This document shows positions 49,366 to 59,228 of a DNA stretch of 64,000 nt, one piece after another. The position numbers and the translations under genes were made by a program. The notes beneath the pieces are model-generated. The model saw nothing but the letters and a program-made list of their open reading frames with translations. It was not told where the DNA came from and ran no database searches. The first letter of the stretch is position 1, and every line of letters begins with the position of its first letter. Origin of the DNA: Candidatus Peregrinibacteria bacterium CG11_big_fil_rev_8_21_14_0_20_49_14 (GTDB lineage: Bacteria > Patescibacteriota > Gracilibacteria > Peribacterales > Peribacteraceae); NCBI GenBank assembly GCA_002787035.1, contig PCVP01000014.1:11542-75541 (forward strand). Reading direction: 5' to 3'.

Positions 49366-50607
49366 GTGCAGAAGCTGCTTTCATCGCTCGGCCCCGTCGC
49401 CGCCGTCATAGGTGCGCAGTGGGGTGATGAAGGAAAAGGAAAAGTCACGGACATTCTGGCAGAGCATTACGATATTATTGCCAGAGCGTGCGGAGGAGCA
49501 AACGCAGGACACACCATAGTAATCAACGGTACGAAACACGTTTTCCATCTGCTTCCCTCCGGGTGTTTGCATGAAAAAAAAGATATCGTGCTGGGTGCGG
49601 GAATGGTGCTACATCTGCCGACACTTCTGGAAGAAATAGAAACGCTGAAAGAGAGTGGCATAGATATCGTGAACAGACTGTATATATCGCCTGAATCACA
49701 TATTCTTTTCGATTTTCACAAAGAGATCGACGGCGCCTTGGAAGAACTGAGAAGCAGAGAAAAGGGGCAGGGGATAGGGACGACAAAAAGAGGAATAGGA
49801 CCCGCATATATGGATAAAGCGGAACGTGTCGGCATACGAATGGAAATGCTCGGAAAGAATATAGAGGGCGAGCTGAAAGAAAGAGCAAAACGCGTACTGC
49901 AGTGCTACGGAGTGACCATAGATACCGACAAAGAAATGGCAAATATGTCTGCTGCTCATGCGGTACTGAAAGGCAGAGTGATTGATACCATAGAGCACAT
50001 GCATAGCGGACTTTCAAACGGGAAAACTATTCTCATAGAGGGCGCACAAGCCACACTGTTGGATATAGACCATGGAACCTACCCGTACGTGACAAGCAGT
50101 TCCACCACCATCGCAGGCGCATTGCAGGGACTCGGCCTGCCGCCCAACGCTCTGACATCGTGCATAGGAGTAGCCAAGGCGTACTGTACAAGAGTGGGGT
50201 CAGGACCATTCCTGACCGAAATGGATGAAGAGCATGCCGATAGAATTCGTACGAAAGGAGGAGAATTTGGGGCGACAACAGGTCGACCGAGAAGGTGCGG
50301 CTGGCTTCATATTCCGGATTTGAAACGAACAGCGCAGATCAACGGATTCACACACTGGAATATTACAAAGCTGGATGTGCTGGATACCGAGTCCGAAGTG
50401 AGCGTCGGCATAGACTCCAAAAGCGATGCGGAAGCCATATACGATGCGATTCCGGGATGGATGGAACCTACGGTAGGTATGACTTCGTTTGCAGATCTTC
50501 CGGAGAATGCACAAAAGTACATCTACTTCTTAGAGCAGAAGACAGGTGTCCCCGCAGCGTTAATAGGAACGGGGCAGGGAAGGGAAGAGATGATTATAAA
50601 GAGCTGA
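49366..50607 (+). CDS. purA: adenylosuccinate synthetase
   Basis: QWGDEGKGK, GANAGHT, GTTKRGIGPAY, EGAQ, TTGRPRRCGW. Confidence 0.98.
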   Translation: MQKLLSSLGPVAAVIGAQWGDEGKGKVTDILAEHYDIIARACGGANAGHTIVINGTKHVFHLLPSGCLHEKKDIVLGAGMVLHLPTLLEEIETLKESGIDIVNRLYISPESHILFDFHKEIDGALEELRSREKGQGIGTTKRGIGPAYMDKAERVGIRMEMLGKNIEGELKERAKRVLQCYGVTIDTDKEMANMSAAHAVLKGRVIDTIEHMHSGLSNGKTILIEGAQATLLDIDHGTYPYVTSSSTTIAGALQGLGLPPNALTSCIGVAKAYCTRVGSGPFLTEMDEEHADRIRTKGGEFGATTGRPRRCGWLHIPDLKRTAQINGFTHWNITKLDVLDTESEVSVGIDSKSDAEAIYDAIPGWMEPTVGMTSFADLPENAQKYIYFLEQKTGVPAALIGTGQGREEMIIKS

Positions 50608-50648
50608 CATATTGCCAAAGAACAAAATTGGCTATAGTAAGTCACTTT

Positions 50649-51005
50649 ATGGATAGAAGCAGAGAAAGCAATTGGCTGCTTGAAAAATTGCGATGTGAAG
50701 TTTCGCAGGTCGATGCGGCCTTTATAGTGGAACCTGAAAGGGTGTTACCGTTACCCGACAGAACAATCGTATCTGCCTGGATACAAAAAAGATGCCAAAC
50801 AGTCATCAGGCTTGGTGATGAAATCCTTCATGAAAGTACACCGAAGGTAATACAGGTTTGCAAAATAACTCTGAATACCGGCAAAGGAGTTCCAAGACCC
50901 ATAGATGTATCGGATGTGCACGACGAAGCAGCGATCGTCGTTATGCAGCTTATGAATTCCTTACAAAACAGGCAGTGGGAACTGCTGCGAAAAGAAGAGG
51001 GCTAG
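50649..51005 (+). CDS. hypothetical protein
   Basis: 118-aa ORF from the ATG at 50649 filling the purA-nadK gap. Confidence 0.5.
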   Translation: MDRSRESNWLLEKLRCEVSQVDAAFIVEPERVLPLPDRTIVSAWIQKRCQTVIRLGDEILHESTPKVIQVCKITLNTGKGVPRPIDVSDVHDEAAIVVMQLMNSLQNRQWELLRKEEG

Positions 51006-51886
51006 TCCACTCGTTCGCCCCACTTCAATTTTTCTCGAAGAGTGTGAAAAAACGTATCTTGTTTTAAGCGCAGAAACTTTACGGTGTCACCGCAAGCACA
51101 TGCTGTTACTTTATCTCCGTTTTCAAGCGGTACGTACACTTGTCCGTCGACGGTAAGTACGACCTCCGTATCTTTAAACTTGTTCGATTTTGTCATCACT
51201 TCAACCGTCACTTTCTGGTTGCTGGGTATGACCACAGGTTTCTGGCTGAAGCTGTGCGGATTGATTGGCGTGAGGATGGTTGCAGCCAATGTAGGGTGGA
51301 CTATGGGACCTCCGGCAGCAAGAGAATAGGCGGTTGAGCCCGTGGGTGTGGCTATTATAAGCCCATCCGCATGGTACGACGTAAGATCTTCCCCGTTGAC
51401 CATCGTGCGCAAATCCACGAGTCTTGCGATAGTTCCCTGCGCGATAACAGCTTCATTGAGCGCGAATCCTTCAAAAACATTTTTTGTACCTCTCGTGGCA
51501 ACAACGGAAAGAATACTGCGATTTTCAAGTACGCCTTCACCGGTAAGAAGCCTAGGGATAATGGTGTCCGCATCGGCGATCTCCGTCTCAGCCAAGAATC
51601 CGACTGTCCCTCTGTTCACACTCAGAATTGGTGTTTTGAATGTTCTCAGCTCTCGTATTGCACGAAGGATTGTGCCGTCACCCCCTATGACAACCAATAA
51701 ATCTATGTCATCTTCGCTATGAAATTGAGCAAAATCTTTTGAACAGTCAACATCACTCAACCTGGTTGGGTCTGTATAAATTACCGCTCCCAGATCCGTA
51801 AGTATTGTAAGCACTTTCGAGACGGATTCATTTTTATACGTCAGGCCCGATTTCACCGTCACGCCGATGCGCTTGTATTGCAACAT
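51002..51886 (-). CDS. nadK: NAD(+) kinase
   Basis: GGDGT, GTVGFL, ALNE, DGLIIATPTGSTAYSLAAGG. Confidence 0.96.
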   Translation of the reverse strand: MLQYKRIGVTVKSGLTYKNESVSKVLTILTDLGAVIYTDPTRLSDVDCSKDFAQFHSEDDIDLLVVIGGDGTILRAIRELRTFKTPILSVNRGTVGFLAETEIADADTIIPRLLTGEGVLENRSILSVVATRGTKNVFEGFALNEAVIAQGTIARLVDLRTMVNGEDLTSYHADGLIIATPTGSTAYSLAAGGPIVHPTLAATILTPINPHSFSQKPVVIPSNQKVTVEVMTKSNKFKDTEVVLTVDGQVYVPLENGDKVTACACGDTVKFLRLKQDTFFHTLREKLKWGERVD

Positions 51887-51890
51887 GCCG

Positions 51891-52949
51891 CTATTGTAAC
51901 ACTTTCACAATATTGAGAAAGAGATCTGCCGTTCGTTTCCAGGAAAAAGTACCTGCCTGAACGGGTCCTTGCGTACGAAGACGGGAACGAACCGACTCAT
52001 TTGTGAGAATGGTACTCAAACCCGAAGCAATGCTGCGTACGTCTTCGGGGTCCACCAGTAGCGCCGAATCTCCTGCAACCTCCGACAAACTGCCACGGTC
52101 TGACGTGAGAACAGGTACCCCGCGTTGCAAGGCATCCAGAACCTGCATGCCGAACCCCTCGTAGAGAGAAGGCAATGCCAATACGGCACATGAATGAAGA
52201 AGATCCCTGTACTGTTGCTCATCTATGTATCCTATAAAATCGGCACCGTCTGTCTCTTGTGCCAAACGTACGATATTGTTGTCGTTCCATCCTCGACCTC
52301 CTGCAAGAACCAACTTATATTTTTTTCGCAGATTTTCAGGGAGTGAGGCGTATGCCTGAAGAAGTCGGTACTGATTTTTACGAGGTGACAATGTTGCGAC
52401 GCACAGAATCATGTTTTCATTCGACTCAGATACGGCAGCACTTTCACGCACAGGACCCGCAAAAATGGGAGTGATGGCAGTCTCCGAAAGTGAAGGAAAT
52501 TGCTTGAGCAGATCATTTTTCGTAGAGGTACTTACAGTGAGAATGTGGGCGGCTTTCCGCAGTGCCCCTTTCGCAAGCAGACGCTCTATGATTGTTGCTT
52601 TCTTATTGTGAATATCGGGTCTGAAAGCAATGAGGTCGTGTACGACAGGTATGCAGAGATATTTTTTGGGAAGGAAGAACGGTACGATAAAACTCGTGAG
52701 GCTAACGTACATAGACGGCTGTTTTAACCCGACAAAATAAAGGAAAGCGCGAACGTGCCACAGAACACCTGAACGGAATGTTTTTGTTTTCGGTGAGTAT
52801 TGCTCCCACTCAGAAGGTAACGGAGAGTCGCACAGGAGAATCAATTCTTGCTCCCTGCGAAGCAGCTCAGATACAAGTCCGTACGTCCACTGACCTTTGC
52901 CGGCTCTCTGAGAGCGGCACGCTTCCCGAACATCCACTGCCAAATTCAT
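51891..52949 (-). CDS. glycosyltransferase family 4
   Basis: VHDL, TLSPRKN, PSLYEGFG, SLSEV. Confidence 0.93.
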   Translation of the reverse strand: MNLAVDVREACRSQRAGKGQWTYGLVSELLRREQELILLCDSPLPSEWEQYSPKTKTFRSGVLWHVRAFLYFVGLKQPSMYVSLTSFIVPFFLPKKYLCIPVVHDLIAFRPDIHNKKATIIERLLAKGALRKAAHILTVSTSTKNDLLKQFPSLSETAITPIFAGPVRESAAVSESNENMILCVATLSPRKNQYRLLQAYASLPENLRKKYKLVLAGGRGWNDNNIVRLAQETDGADFIGYIDEQQYRDLLHSCAVLALPSLYEGFGMQVLDALQRGVPVLTSDRGSLSEVAGDSALLVDPEDVRSIASGLSTILTNESVRSRLRTQGPVQAGTFSWKRTADLFLNIVKVLQ

Positions 52950-52994
52950 AAACCTAGTCTAGTGGTGGATATCGCAGGATGCTATGCTGTAATC

Positions 52995-53600
52995 ATGGCT
53001 AATTCTCTCATCCGTAAAATCAGTGCAATGGAGCTGGAAGAGCAAATTCTTAATGCAGGAGCTCTTATGGCACTCATCGGGGTATTTTTCCCATGGGTTG
53101 GCGGGGAATGGCTTGGCGGTGAATCTGTGACGTACGCAGGATTCAGCTTTTATACGGGATTTATGGGAATTGCGGTACTGCTACTGGAACTTTTCATACT
53201 TCTCATCACTATCATACCTCTTACGGGAGGACCTGCTCTCGTACGCAAAGGGAGTAAGGATACCGTACGACTTCTTGTATCGGCACAAGCTGCAATTCTG
53301 ATTCTGGCATCTCTTTCTGTCCTCACAAAAACCACACTTGAATTTGCCCGAATGGAATTGCGATTCGGAATATACATTTCTCTTGTGGGAAGTCTGGTAG
53401 CTCTGCTGTATTCATTTCTGCGTTTTCAAGAAAAGAGGAGACGTGAAGTGCATAACCTCTTCCATCACCCGGAAGAAGAAACATTTTCCCAAAATCATAA
53501 TCCTTCCATACACTCGGTTCCACAAGAGCGCGCTGCCCCTCAGGCTCCGCCTCCACCCGAAGCTCCCGCTGCGGATGAACACCGTTTCCACTCTCCCTAA
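52995..53600 (+). CDS. four-TM membrane protein with Pro-rich tail
   Basis: FFPW, hydrophobic helices, RFGIY. ATG lies 6 nt after TATGCT. Confidence 0.75.
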   Translation: MANSLIRKISAMELEEQILNAGALMALIGVFFPWVGGEWLGGESVTYAGFSFYTGFMGIAVLLLELFILLITIIPLTGGPALVRKGSKDTVRLLVSAQAAILILASLSVLTKTTLEFARMELRFGIYISLVGSLVALLYSFLRFQEKRRREVHNLFHHPEEETFSQNHNPSIHSVPQERAAPQAPPPPEAPAADEHRFHSP

Positions 53601-53933
53601 ATGCCCTCTGACTACAAAGATGAAGATCTCGTATATGTCGACCCTCGTAAAAGAGCGGTTGTTGGTATCGTGGAATGGTCTGCGGACGGCAACCCGAAAA
53701 AATTGGAGATGGAATCTACGGAAAAGATTGATGATGACGATGATGACGGCAAAGAAAAAGGGAAAGGCAAAGGCGGCAGAATGCCCCGAAAACGGAAAAG
53801 ATATTACCCTTGGGGAACGTATAAAAGCATGAAAAAGCTTTTCCGCATTGAAGGTAAGGAAAAAGAAATTGAAAACTATAAGACATTGGACACAGCCATA
53901 GACTTAGCGGTAAACGAACCTTTCTGGGACTAA
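53601..53933 (+). CDS. hypothetical protein
   Basis: 110 aa with an acidic/basic low-complexity middle. Abuts the upstream stop codon. Confidence 0.7.
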   Translation: MPSDYKDEDLVYVDPRKRAVVGIVEWSADGNPKKLEMESTEKIDDDDDDGKEKGKGKGGRMPRKRKRYYPWGTYKSMKKLFRIEGKEKEIENYKTLDTAIDLAVNEPFWD

Positions 53934-54868
53934 GCTGCAAGAACTTTCGCCAAGCTGTTCACATCATTCTGAGAGCCGACTATGAGAGGCGTTCTCATGT
54001 CTATATCTGTGATTTTTTTATCGAGTATGGGCACGTGACCATCTGAGGCAGCACCTCCTGCCTGTTCTACGAGATAGGCGAAAGGCCCGCATTCAAAAAC
54101 AAGACGAAGTTTCCCTTCGGGATACGCACTTCCTCCCACATTCGTAAAGACACCCTGACCTTTGCTGAAGATATGATGAATGTCAGCAACCATGCATCCC
54201 GAATAGCGGAGAGTTTTTTCTTCTTCCATCCATGTTGCCATGACTTGTTTATACGCCTGGTTTTCGTTGACCGCTCTCAGGTTTCCCGGACTGTAATTTT
54301 TTGCATTATCTGCTATGCCAAGATACTCACGCAGTAAGACGTATTCACCGACATCGTTTAAAAGGAACTCGTGCACACCGTCTCCTGTCGAATACACCAG
54401 AATCGTTCGGGGACCGTAGAGAACATACATGGCAGCAACTTGTTCGCGGGGAGTTTTTCCAATCACATCTCCTTTGTATATTCCGACAATGGTACCAATG
54501 GAGAAGTTGGCATCCACCAAAGAAGAACCGTCCAGAGGGTCGAATACGACGCTGTAGGGAGCTTTAGAATCCAGTTCTATGACATCCTTTTGTTCCTCCG
54601 ATATATAGCAACACACCAAACCGCTCTCGCAGAGATGTTGTCGTAAAATATCATCACTGAGAACATCCAATTTGAGTTGTTCCTCTCCAAACTGATTTGT
54701 ATTGCCACTCAGCCCGGTTTCTGTGGTTTGTATGGCATAACTTATGTACTTTGCCGCTCTGGATATATCTATTATGAGGTGCCTGAGATCATCTTCTGCG
54801 GGAGATTTATGCAATAAGTGATAATTCAGAGAAAGGTTTTCTGGGACGGGACAAGATGCGGAAGTCAT
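53930..54868 (-). CDS. fbp: class 1 fructose-1,6-bisphosphatase
   Basis: NQFGEEQLKLD, SEEQ, FDPLDGSS, LRYSGCMVAD, GKLRLVFE. Start at 54868. Confidence 0.95.
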   Translation of the reverse strand: MTSASCPVPENLSLNYHLLHKSPAEDDLRHLIIDISRAAKYISYAIQTTETGLSGNTNQFGEEQLKLDVLSDDILRQHLCESGLVCCYISEEQKDVIELDSKAPYSVVFDPLDGSSLVDANFSIGTIVGIYKGDVIGKTPREQVAAMYVLYGPRTILVYSTGDGVHEFLLNDVGEYVLLREYLGIADNAKNYSPGNLRAVNENQAYKQVMATWMEEEKTLRYSGCMVADIHHIFSKGQGVFTNVGGSAYPEGKLRLVFECGPFAYLVEQAGGAASDGHVPILDKKITDIDMRTPLIVGSQNDVNSLAKVLAA

Positions 54869-54873
54869 CTGAA

Positions 54874-55893
54874 TTAGAGGAAGGAACCAACTTTTAAAAC
54901 CATTTCTGTTACGCGCATTGCGTATCCCCACTCATTGTCATACCAGCTTAAAAGCTGAACCACATTTCCATCTATGACTTTCGTAAATGTTTCATCCACT
55001 ATCGAAGAATGCGGATCTGTTTGAAAATCAATAGACACTCTTTCATCGTTGGAAACCGAGAGAATGTCTTTCAATGCGGGGGAAGCAGCAGCTTGTTCCA
55101 GTTTGGAAATTACTTCCGCCTCAGTCGTGTCTTTTTCCAGTGAGAAAGCCATGTAGGAACAACTGACCGTGGGAACAGGCACGCGAAAAGCCATACCGTC
55201 TATTTTACCTTTTAATTCCGGGAATATTGCCGCACAAGCTTTTACAGCTCCTGTTTGCGTAGGAATAACAGAAAGAGTGGCAGCTCGTGATCGTCGTAGA
55301 TCATTGCCTTCCTGAGACTTGTTATCCAGCAGGTTCTGAGAAGCTGTGAATGCATGCACGGAGCTGACAAGAAGACTCTGCACTCCAAATGCTTCATGCA
55401 TGACTTTTATGACAGGTGCGATACAGTTGGTGGTACAAGAAGCATTCGAAACAATGGGCATATCCGCCGTAAGCTCGTGATCGTTCACTCCTATGACAAA
55501 CGTAGGAGTGCCGTCTTTCATGGGAGCGGTAACCACAACCTTTTTGGCGCCTGCGGACAAATGATGCCCGGCACTTTCCGCACTCGTAAAATGTCCCGTG
55601 GATTCAACAACCACATCCACACCCAGTTCTTTCCAGGGGCAAAGAGCCGGATCTTTCTCTTTCACCACACGCACTTTGGTTCCGTTGACGGAAATGTGAT
55701 CGTCATCCAACACAGAAACCTCTCCCACGAATCGTCCGTGCAGTGAATCGTACTTCAAAAGGTATGCGCGCATAGCCGCGTCCGATGATGCGTTTACGGC
55801 AACAACCTGCACTCGATCACCGTATTTTTCCACAAATTGACGGTGAACATTTCGTCCTATTCGACCGTAACCGTTAATGGCTATCTTCAGCAT
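54874..55893 (-). CDS. second type I GAPDH, GapB-like (probably NADP-preferring)
   Basis: INGYGRIGR, VNASS, ASCTTNC, LLDN, WYDNEWGY. Directly upstream of fbp on the same strand. Confidence 0.9.
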   Translation of the reverse strand: MLKIAINGYGRIGRNVHRQFVEKYGDRVQVVAVNASSDAAMRAYLLKYDSLHGRFVGEVSVLDDDHISVNGTKVRVVKEKDPALCPWKELGVDVVVESTGHFTSAESAGHHLSAGAKKVVVTAPMKDGTPTFVIGVNDHELTADMPIVSNASCTTNCIAPVIKVMHEAFGVQSLLVSSVHAFTASQNLLDNKSQEGNDLRRSRAATLSVIPTQTGAVKACAAIFPELKGKIDGMAFRVPVPTVSCSYMAFSLEKDTTEAEVISKLEQAAASPALKDILSVSNDERVSIDFQTDPHSSIVDETFTKVIDGNVVQLLSWYDNEWGYAMRVTEMVLKVGSFL

Positions 55894-55972
55894 TGTGCCA
55901 TCATCATACGGATAGCATTGGAGTTCGCAAGTGCCATTGTGGCAACAAATCTCAAATGGCAGATTGTCCCTT

Positions 55973-57031
55973 TTAGCCGAAAACGCTGATGAGTATTCCC
56001 ATGAATGCAAAGAAGGATCCGATAATCCACAGCCTCATGGTCACCTTACTTTCTCCCCAATCCAATGCTTCAAAGTGGTGATGAATTGGTGCGGCTCGAA
56101 ATACCTTTTTACCGCCGCGAAGTTTTTTACTGGTTAGCTGAATGATGACAGAAAGCATTTCTATGACAAACACGAAGCCGATGAGGGGTAACACCAAAAT
56201 ATTGTCTGTCATCAGCGCAATTACCCCAAGCATGCCACCGAGAGCAAGCGAACCGGTATCTCCCATGAAAAAGAGTGCGGGAGGAACGTTATGCCACAGA
56301 AACGCAGCAATTGCCCCGACAGTTACCGCACAAAATCCCGCTAAAATAACTTTTCCGCCTATGAACGCAAGAATGGCAAACGAAAGGAAAGCGATGACCA
56401 GCAATCCGCCGGCAAGTCCGTCCAGACCATCGGTCACATTGACCGCATTCGCCGTTCCTACAAGAATAAATAGAAAGATCGGTGCATACCACCACCCCAC
56501 AACAATATCTCCGTAGAACGGAATATGAATTTGATCGTATCCCAGCTTTACGCCGAACCACCACGCTCCGATAAGACTGATGAGTATCAGAAATGAAATC
56601 TTCGGAAGCACATCCAAGCCTTTTTTCTTTCCGAGTCCGCAAATATTCCAGTAGTCATCCACCGCTCCCAAGATGCCCATGGAAACAAGTGTGAAGAGTG
56701 GAAGATACACTTCACCCCGTTGCAAGAGAGAGTGATCCACAAAGCCCGTATACGAGAGAATGCGAGAGAATGCGACGGTAAGAAGAATGGAACTCCAAAT
56801 GAGGATTCCTCCCATGGTCGGTGTGCCAAATTTGTCTTTGTGATACTTTCTGAAAATGGTTGCCTCTCTTCCATCCACAGCCTCCACTCTCAGCTGCTTT
56901 CCCAGCTTATTTCTTCGGAGGAACGATACGAAGCCCGGTGTGGCAAAGAGCCCTGCTATAAAAGCAAAAAAAGCATAGCCGACTATTGCCAGTATCGAAA
57001 TTTCGGGACGGGTTGGAATATCTATAACCAT
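55973..57031 (-). CDS. mraY: phospho-N-acetylmuramoyl-pentapeptide transferase
   Basis: GTPTMGG, GAVDD, NAVNVTDGLDGL, FMGDTGS, APIHHHFE. Confidence 0.97.
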   Translation of the reverse strand: MVIDIPTRPEISILAIVGYAFFAFIAGLFATPGFVSFLRRNKLGKQLRVEAVDGREATIFRKYHKDKFGTPTMGGILIWSSILLTVAFSRILSYTGFVDHSLLQRGEVYLPLFTLVSMGILGAVDDYWNICGLGKKKGLDVLPKISFLILISLIGAWWFGVKLGYDQIHIPFYGDIVVGWWYAPIFLFILVGTANAVNVTDGLDGLAGGLLVIAFLSFAILAFIGGKVILAGFCAVTVGAIAAFLWHNVPPALFFMGDTGSLALGGMLGVIALMTDNILVLPLIGFVFVIEMLSVIIQLTSKKLRGGKKVFRAAPIHHHFEALDWGESKVTMRLWIIGSFFAFMGILISVFG

Positions 57032-57062
57032 GAATAAGAGACTAGCGTAACGCAGTAATTTT

Positions 57063-58433
57063 TCAAGACTGTGTGTGCACCTTGTCCACGTCGTAAAAAC
57101 GCATCTGCTCTTTCTTAAAGAGCAGTTCCACACGGCCAGTAGGACCGTTTCGATGTTTGCGGATGTAAATATCTGTCATGCCGGGACGGTCGCTGTCTTC
57201 TTCGTAATAGTCTTCTCTGTACATCATAAGCACCACATCAGCATCTTGCTCTATGGATCCCGATTCGCGAAGATCCGAGAGCGCCGGAATGTTCCCGGGC
57301 CTGTTTTCCACCGCTCGTGACAACTGAGAGAGTGCAATGACAGGAACATGAAGTTCCCTTCCAATTTGTTTCAGAGAACGAGAGATTTCAGAAATTTCCT
57401 GCACCCTGTTTCCTGCATAGCTCTGATTTCCGGTACTCATGAGCTGCATATAGTCGATAACGAGGAGATCCAGTCCGTGTTCCATCTGCAACCTGCGAGC
57501 CTTTGCACGTAATTCCGGTATGGACGAGGCGACCGAATCATCTATGAATATTTTGGATTTGTTCAGTTCGTCCATTATCGGACCCATGTTTTGGAAGTCA
57601 CTGTCATCCAGTTTTCCTTTTTGCAGTTTCCACGAGTCGACTCCGAGCATGGATGCAAACAGACGATCTACCAATTGTTCTTTGCTCATTTCCAATGAGA
57701 AAATTCCGACGCTCTTGCCTGACTTAATGGCAGCATTTTGAGCAATATTCAATGCCAAGCTCGTTTTTCCCATGCTGGGACGAGCGGCGATAATAATAAG
57801 GTCACTGGGCTGGAAGCCTGACAGTTTTGCATCCAAAGCATGAAAACCGGAGGGAACACCTTTCACAGGATCGTCGTCGTCGGATTCGTGCATTTCGGCA
57901 AATTTTTCGTATCGCAATTCAAGAATATCTCGAATATGGACAAATTTGTCTTTCATAAACATATTCGATATTTCGAACACAGATTTTTCAACTTCATCCA
58001 GCAGTTCGGGAATGTTTCTGTTTTCCTCGTATCCCAATCCTTTTATTTTGTCTCCTGCTCGAATGATGCGCCTGTGCACAGACTTGGTTTTGACTATTTG
58101 ACCGTACTGGTAGACATGGGAAGACGTGGGGACATCCGAAGCCAGAGCCGCCAAAAATGAACTGCCTCCTACCTCATCTATTTTGGAATTACCTGCGAGT
58201 TTGTTACTGACAGTAACGAAATCGATAACTTCATGATTTTGATGCAATTGATAAATTGCTGAGAAAATTAGCTTATACGTAGGGTCGTAGAAATCTTCAG
58301 GCGTCAAGAAGTCACTGATCTTTATGATGGCATCGGGATCTAAGAGCAATGCACCGAGCACGGTTTTTTCCGCATCCGTGGAATGAGGCTGCGTGTCGAG
58401 TGCTGGCGGTGTTTTTTTTGCTGCTGCGTCCAT
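57063..58433 (-). CDS. dnaB: replicative DNA helicase
   Basis: AARPSMGKT, SLEM, DYMQL, LSQLSR, SDLRESGSIEQDAD, KHRNGP. Confidence 0.98.
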   Translation of the reverse strand: MDAAAKKTPPALDTQPHSTDAEKTVLGALLLDPDAIIKISDFLTPEDFYDPTYKLIFSAIYQLHQNHEVIDFVTVSNKLAGNSKIDEVGGSSFLAALASDVPTSSHVYQYGQIVKTKSVHRRIIRAGDKIKGLGYEENRNIPELLDEVEKSVFEISNMFMKDKFVHIRDILELRYEKFAEMHESDDDDPVKGVPSGFHALDAKLSGFQPSDLIIIAARPSMGKTSLALNIAQNAAIKSGKSVGIFSLEMSKEQLVDRLFASMLGVDSWKLQKGKLDDSDFQNMGPIMDELNKSKIFIDDSVASSIPELRAKARRLQMEHGLDLLVIDYMQLMSTGNQSYAGNRVQEISEISRSLKQIGRELHVPVIALSQLSRAVENRPGNIPALSDLRESGSIEQDADVVLMMYREDYYEEDSDRPGMTDIYIRKHRNGPTGRVELLFKKEQMRFYDVDKVHTQS

Positions 58434-58527
58434 AGGGGAGGGGATGAATTCTGATCGTAACCAGGCATCCGATCAATCCATTCCCCCTTGCCAAAGTGTC
58501 GAGGCATCATGCAATACGGGGAGCAAA

Positions 58528-58547
58528 TGTGGAAAAAGTGTGGATAC
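58528..58547 (-). promoter_or_regulatory. two tandem DnaA-box-like 9-mers upstream of dnaB
   Basis: TTTTCCACA (matches TTWTNCACA) and GTATCCACA (one mismatch), 2 bp apart. Confidence 0.45.
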
Positions 58548-58573
58548 CATCAAAGATTCTGTACAATACACAT

Positions 58574-59224
58574 ATGAATGAGCCCTCAGAGCTATTGGAA
58601 GTGTACGATATGGACGATGAACTCGTCGCAGTCATGCCACGCGACGAATTTTACGAACAAATTACAAAAGAATTTGCAAATACCGGCAACATTACGAAGA
58701 AAGTAAAATCTATCCGTGTCATACTTATGACTACCGACGGCAGAATTTATGTACAGAGACGCAGCAATAAGAAAGAGCAAAACAGAGGACTGTACGACAA
58801 AACGATCGGCGGCCACTATATGAGCGGACATACGTGGGAGATGACAGTCGTCCGTGAAATGGTGGAAGAACTGGGCATCCCCTCCGTCGTGTTGCCCCCG
58901 AAGGACTTTAAAAAAGCCATCAACACAACCAATACCGACATCATTGGCATTTTTAAAGAAATCGACTACGACAACAACTTTCTTTCTCTGCGAACAACCG
59001 ATTCATTACCGATAGTACAGCCCTACATGAACACGTTTTACATAGGGTATTACAACGGTCCCATAAAGTTTCATGACGGTGAAGCTTCCGGCATAGAAGT
59101 GCACAGTGTGGATGAACTGGAAAAAGATATTGCAAGTAATCCGGATAAATACACCGAAGATTTAAAAGTGATGATACAAAAATACCGGGATCATTTGATC
59201 CCGGCAGATGAAATAGCGAAATAG
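58574..59224 (+). CDS. NUDIX hydrolase (IDI-like)
   Basis: VQRRS-x-x-K, GGH...REMVEELGI. ATG lies 6 nt after TACAAT. Confidence 0.85.
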   Translation: MNEPSELLEVYDMDDELVAVMPRDEFYEQITKEFANTGNITKKVKSIRVILMTTDGRIYVQRRSNKKEQNRGLYDKTIGGHYMSGHTWEMTVVREMVEELGIPSVVLPPKDFKKAINTTNTDIIGIFKEIDYDNNFLSLRTTDSLPIVQPYMNTFYIGYYNGPIKFHDGEASGIEVHSVDELEKDIASNPDKYTEDLKVMIQKYRDHLIPADEIAK

Positions 59225-59228
59225 CAAT

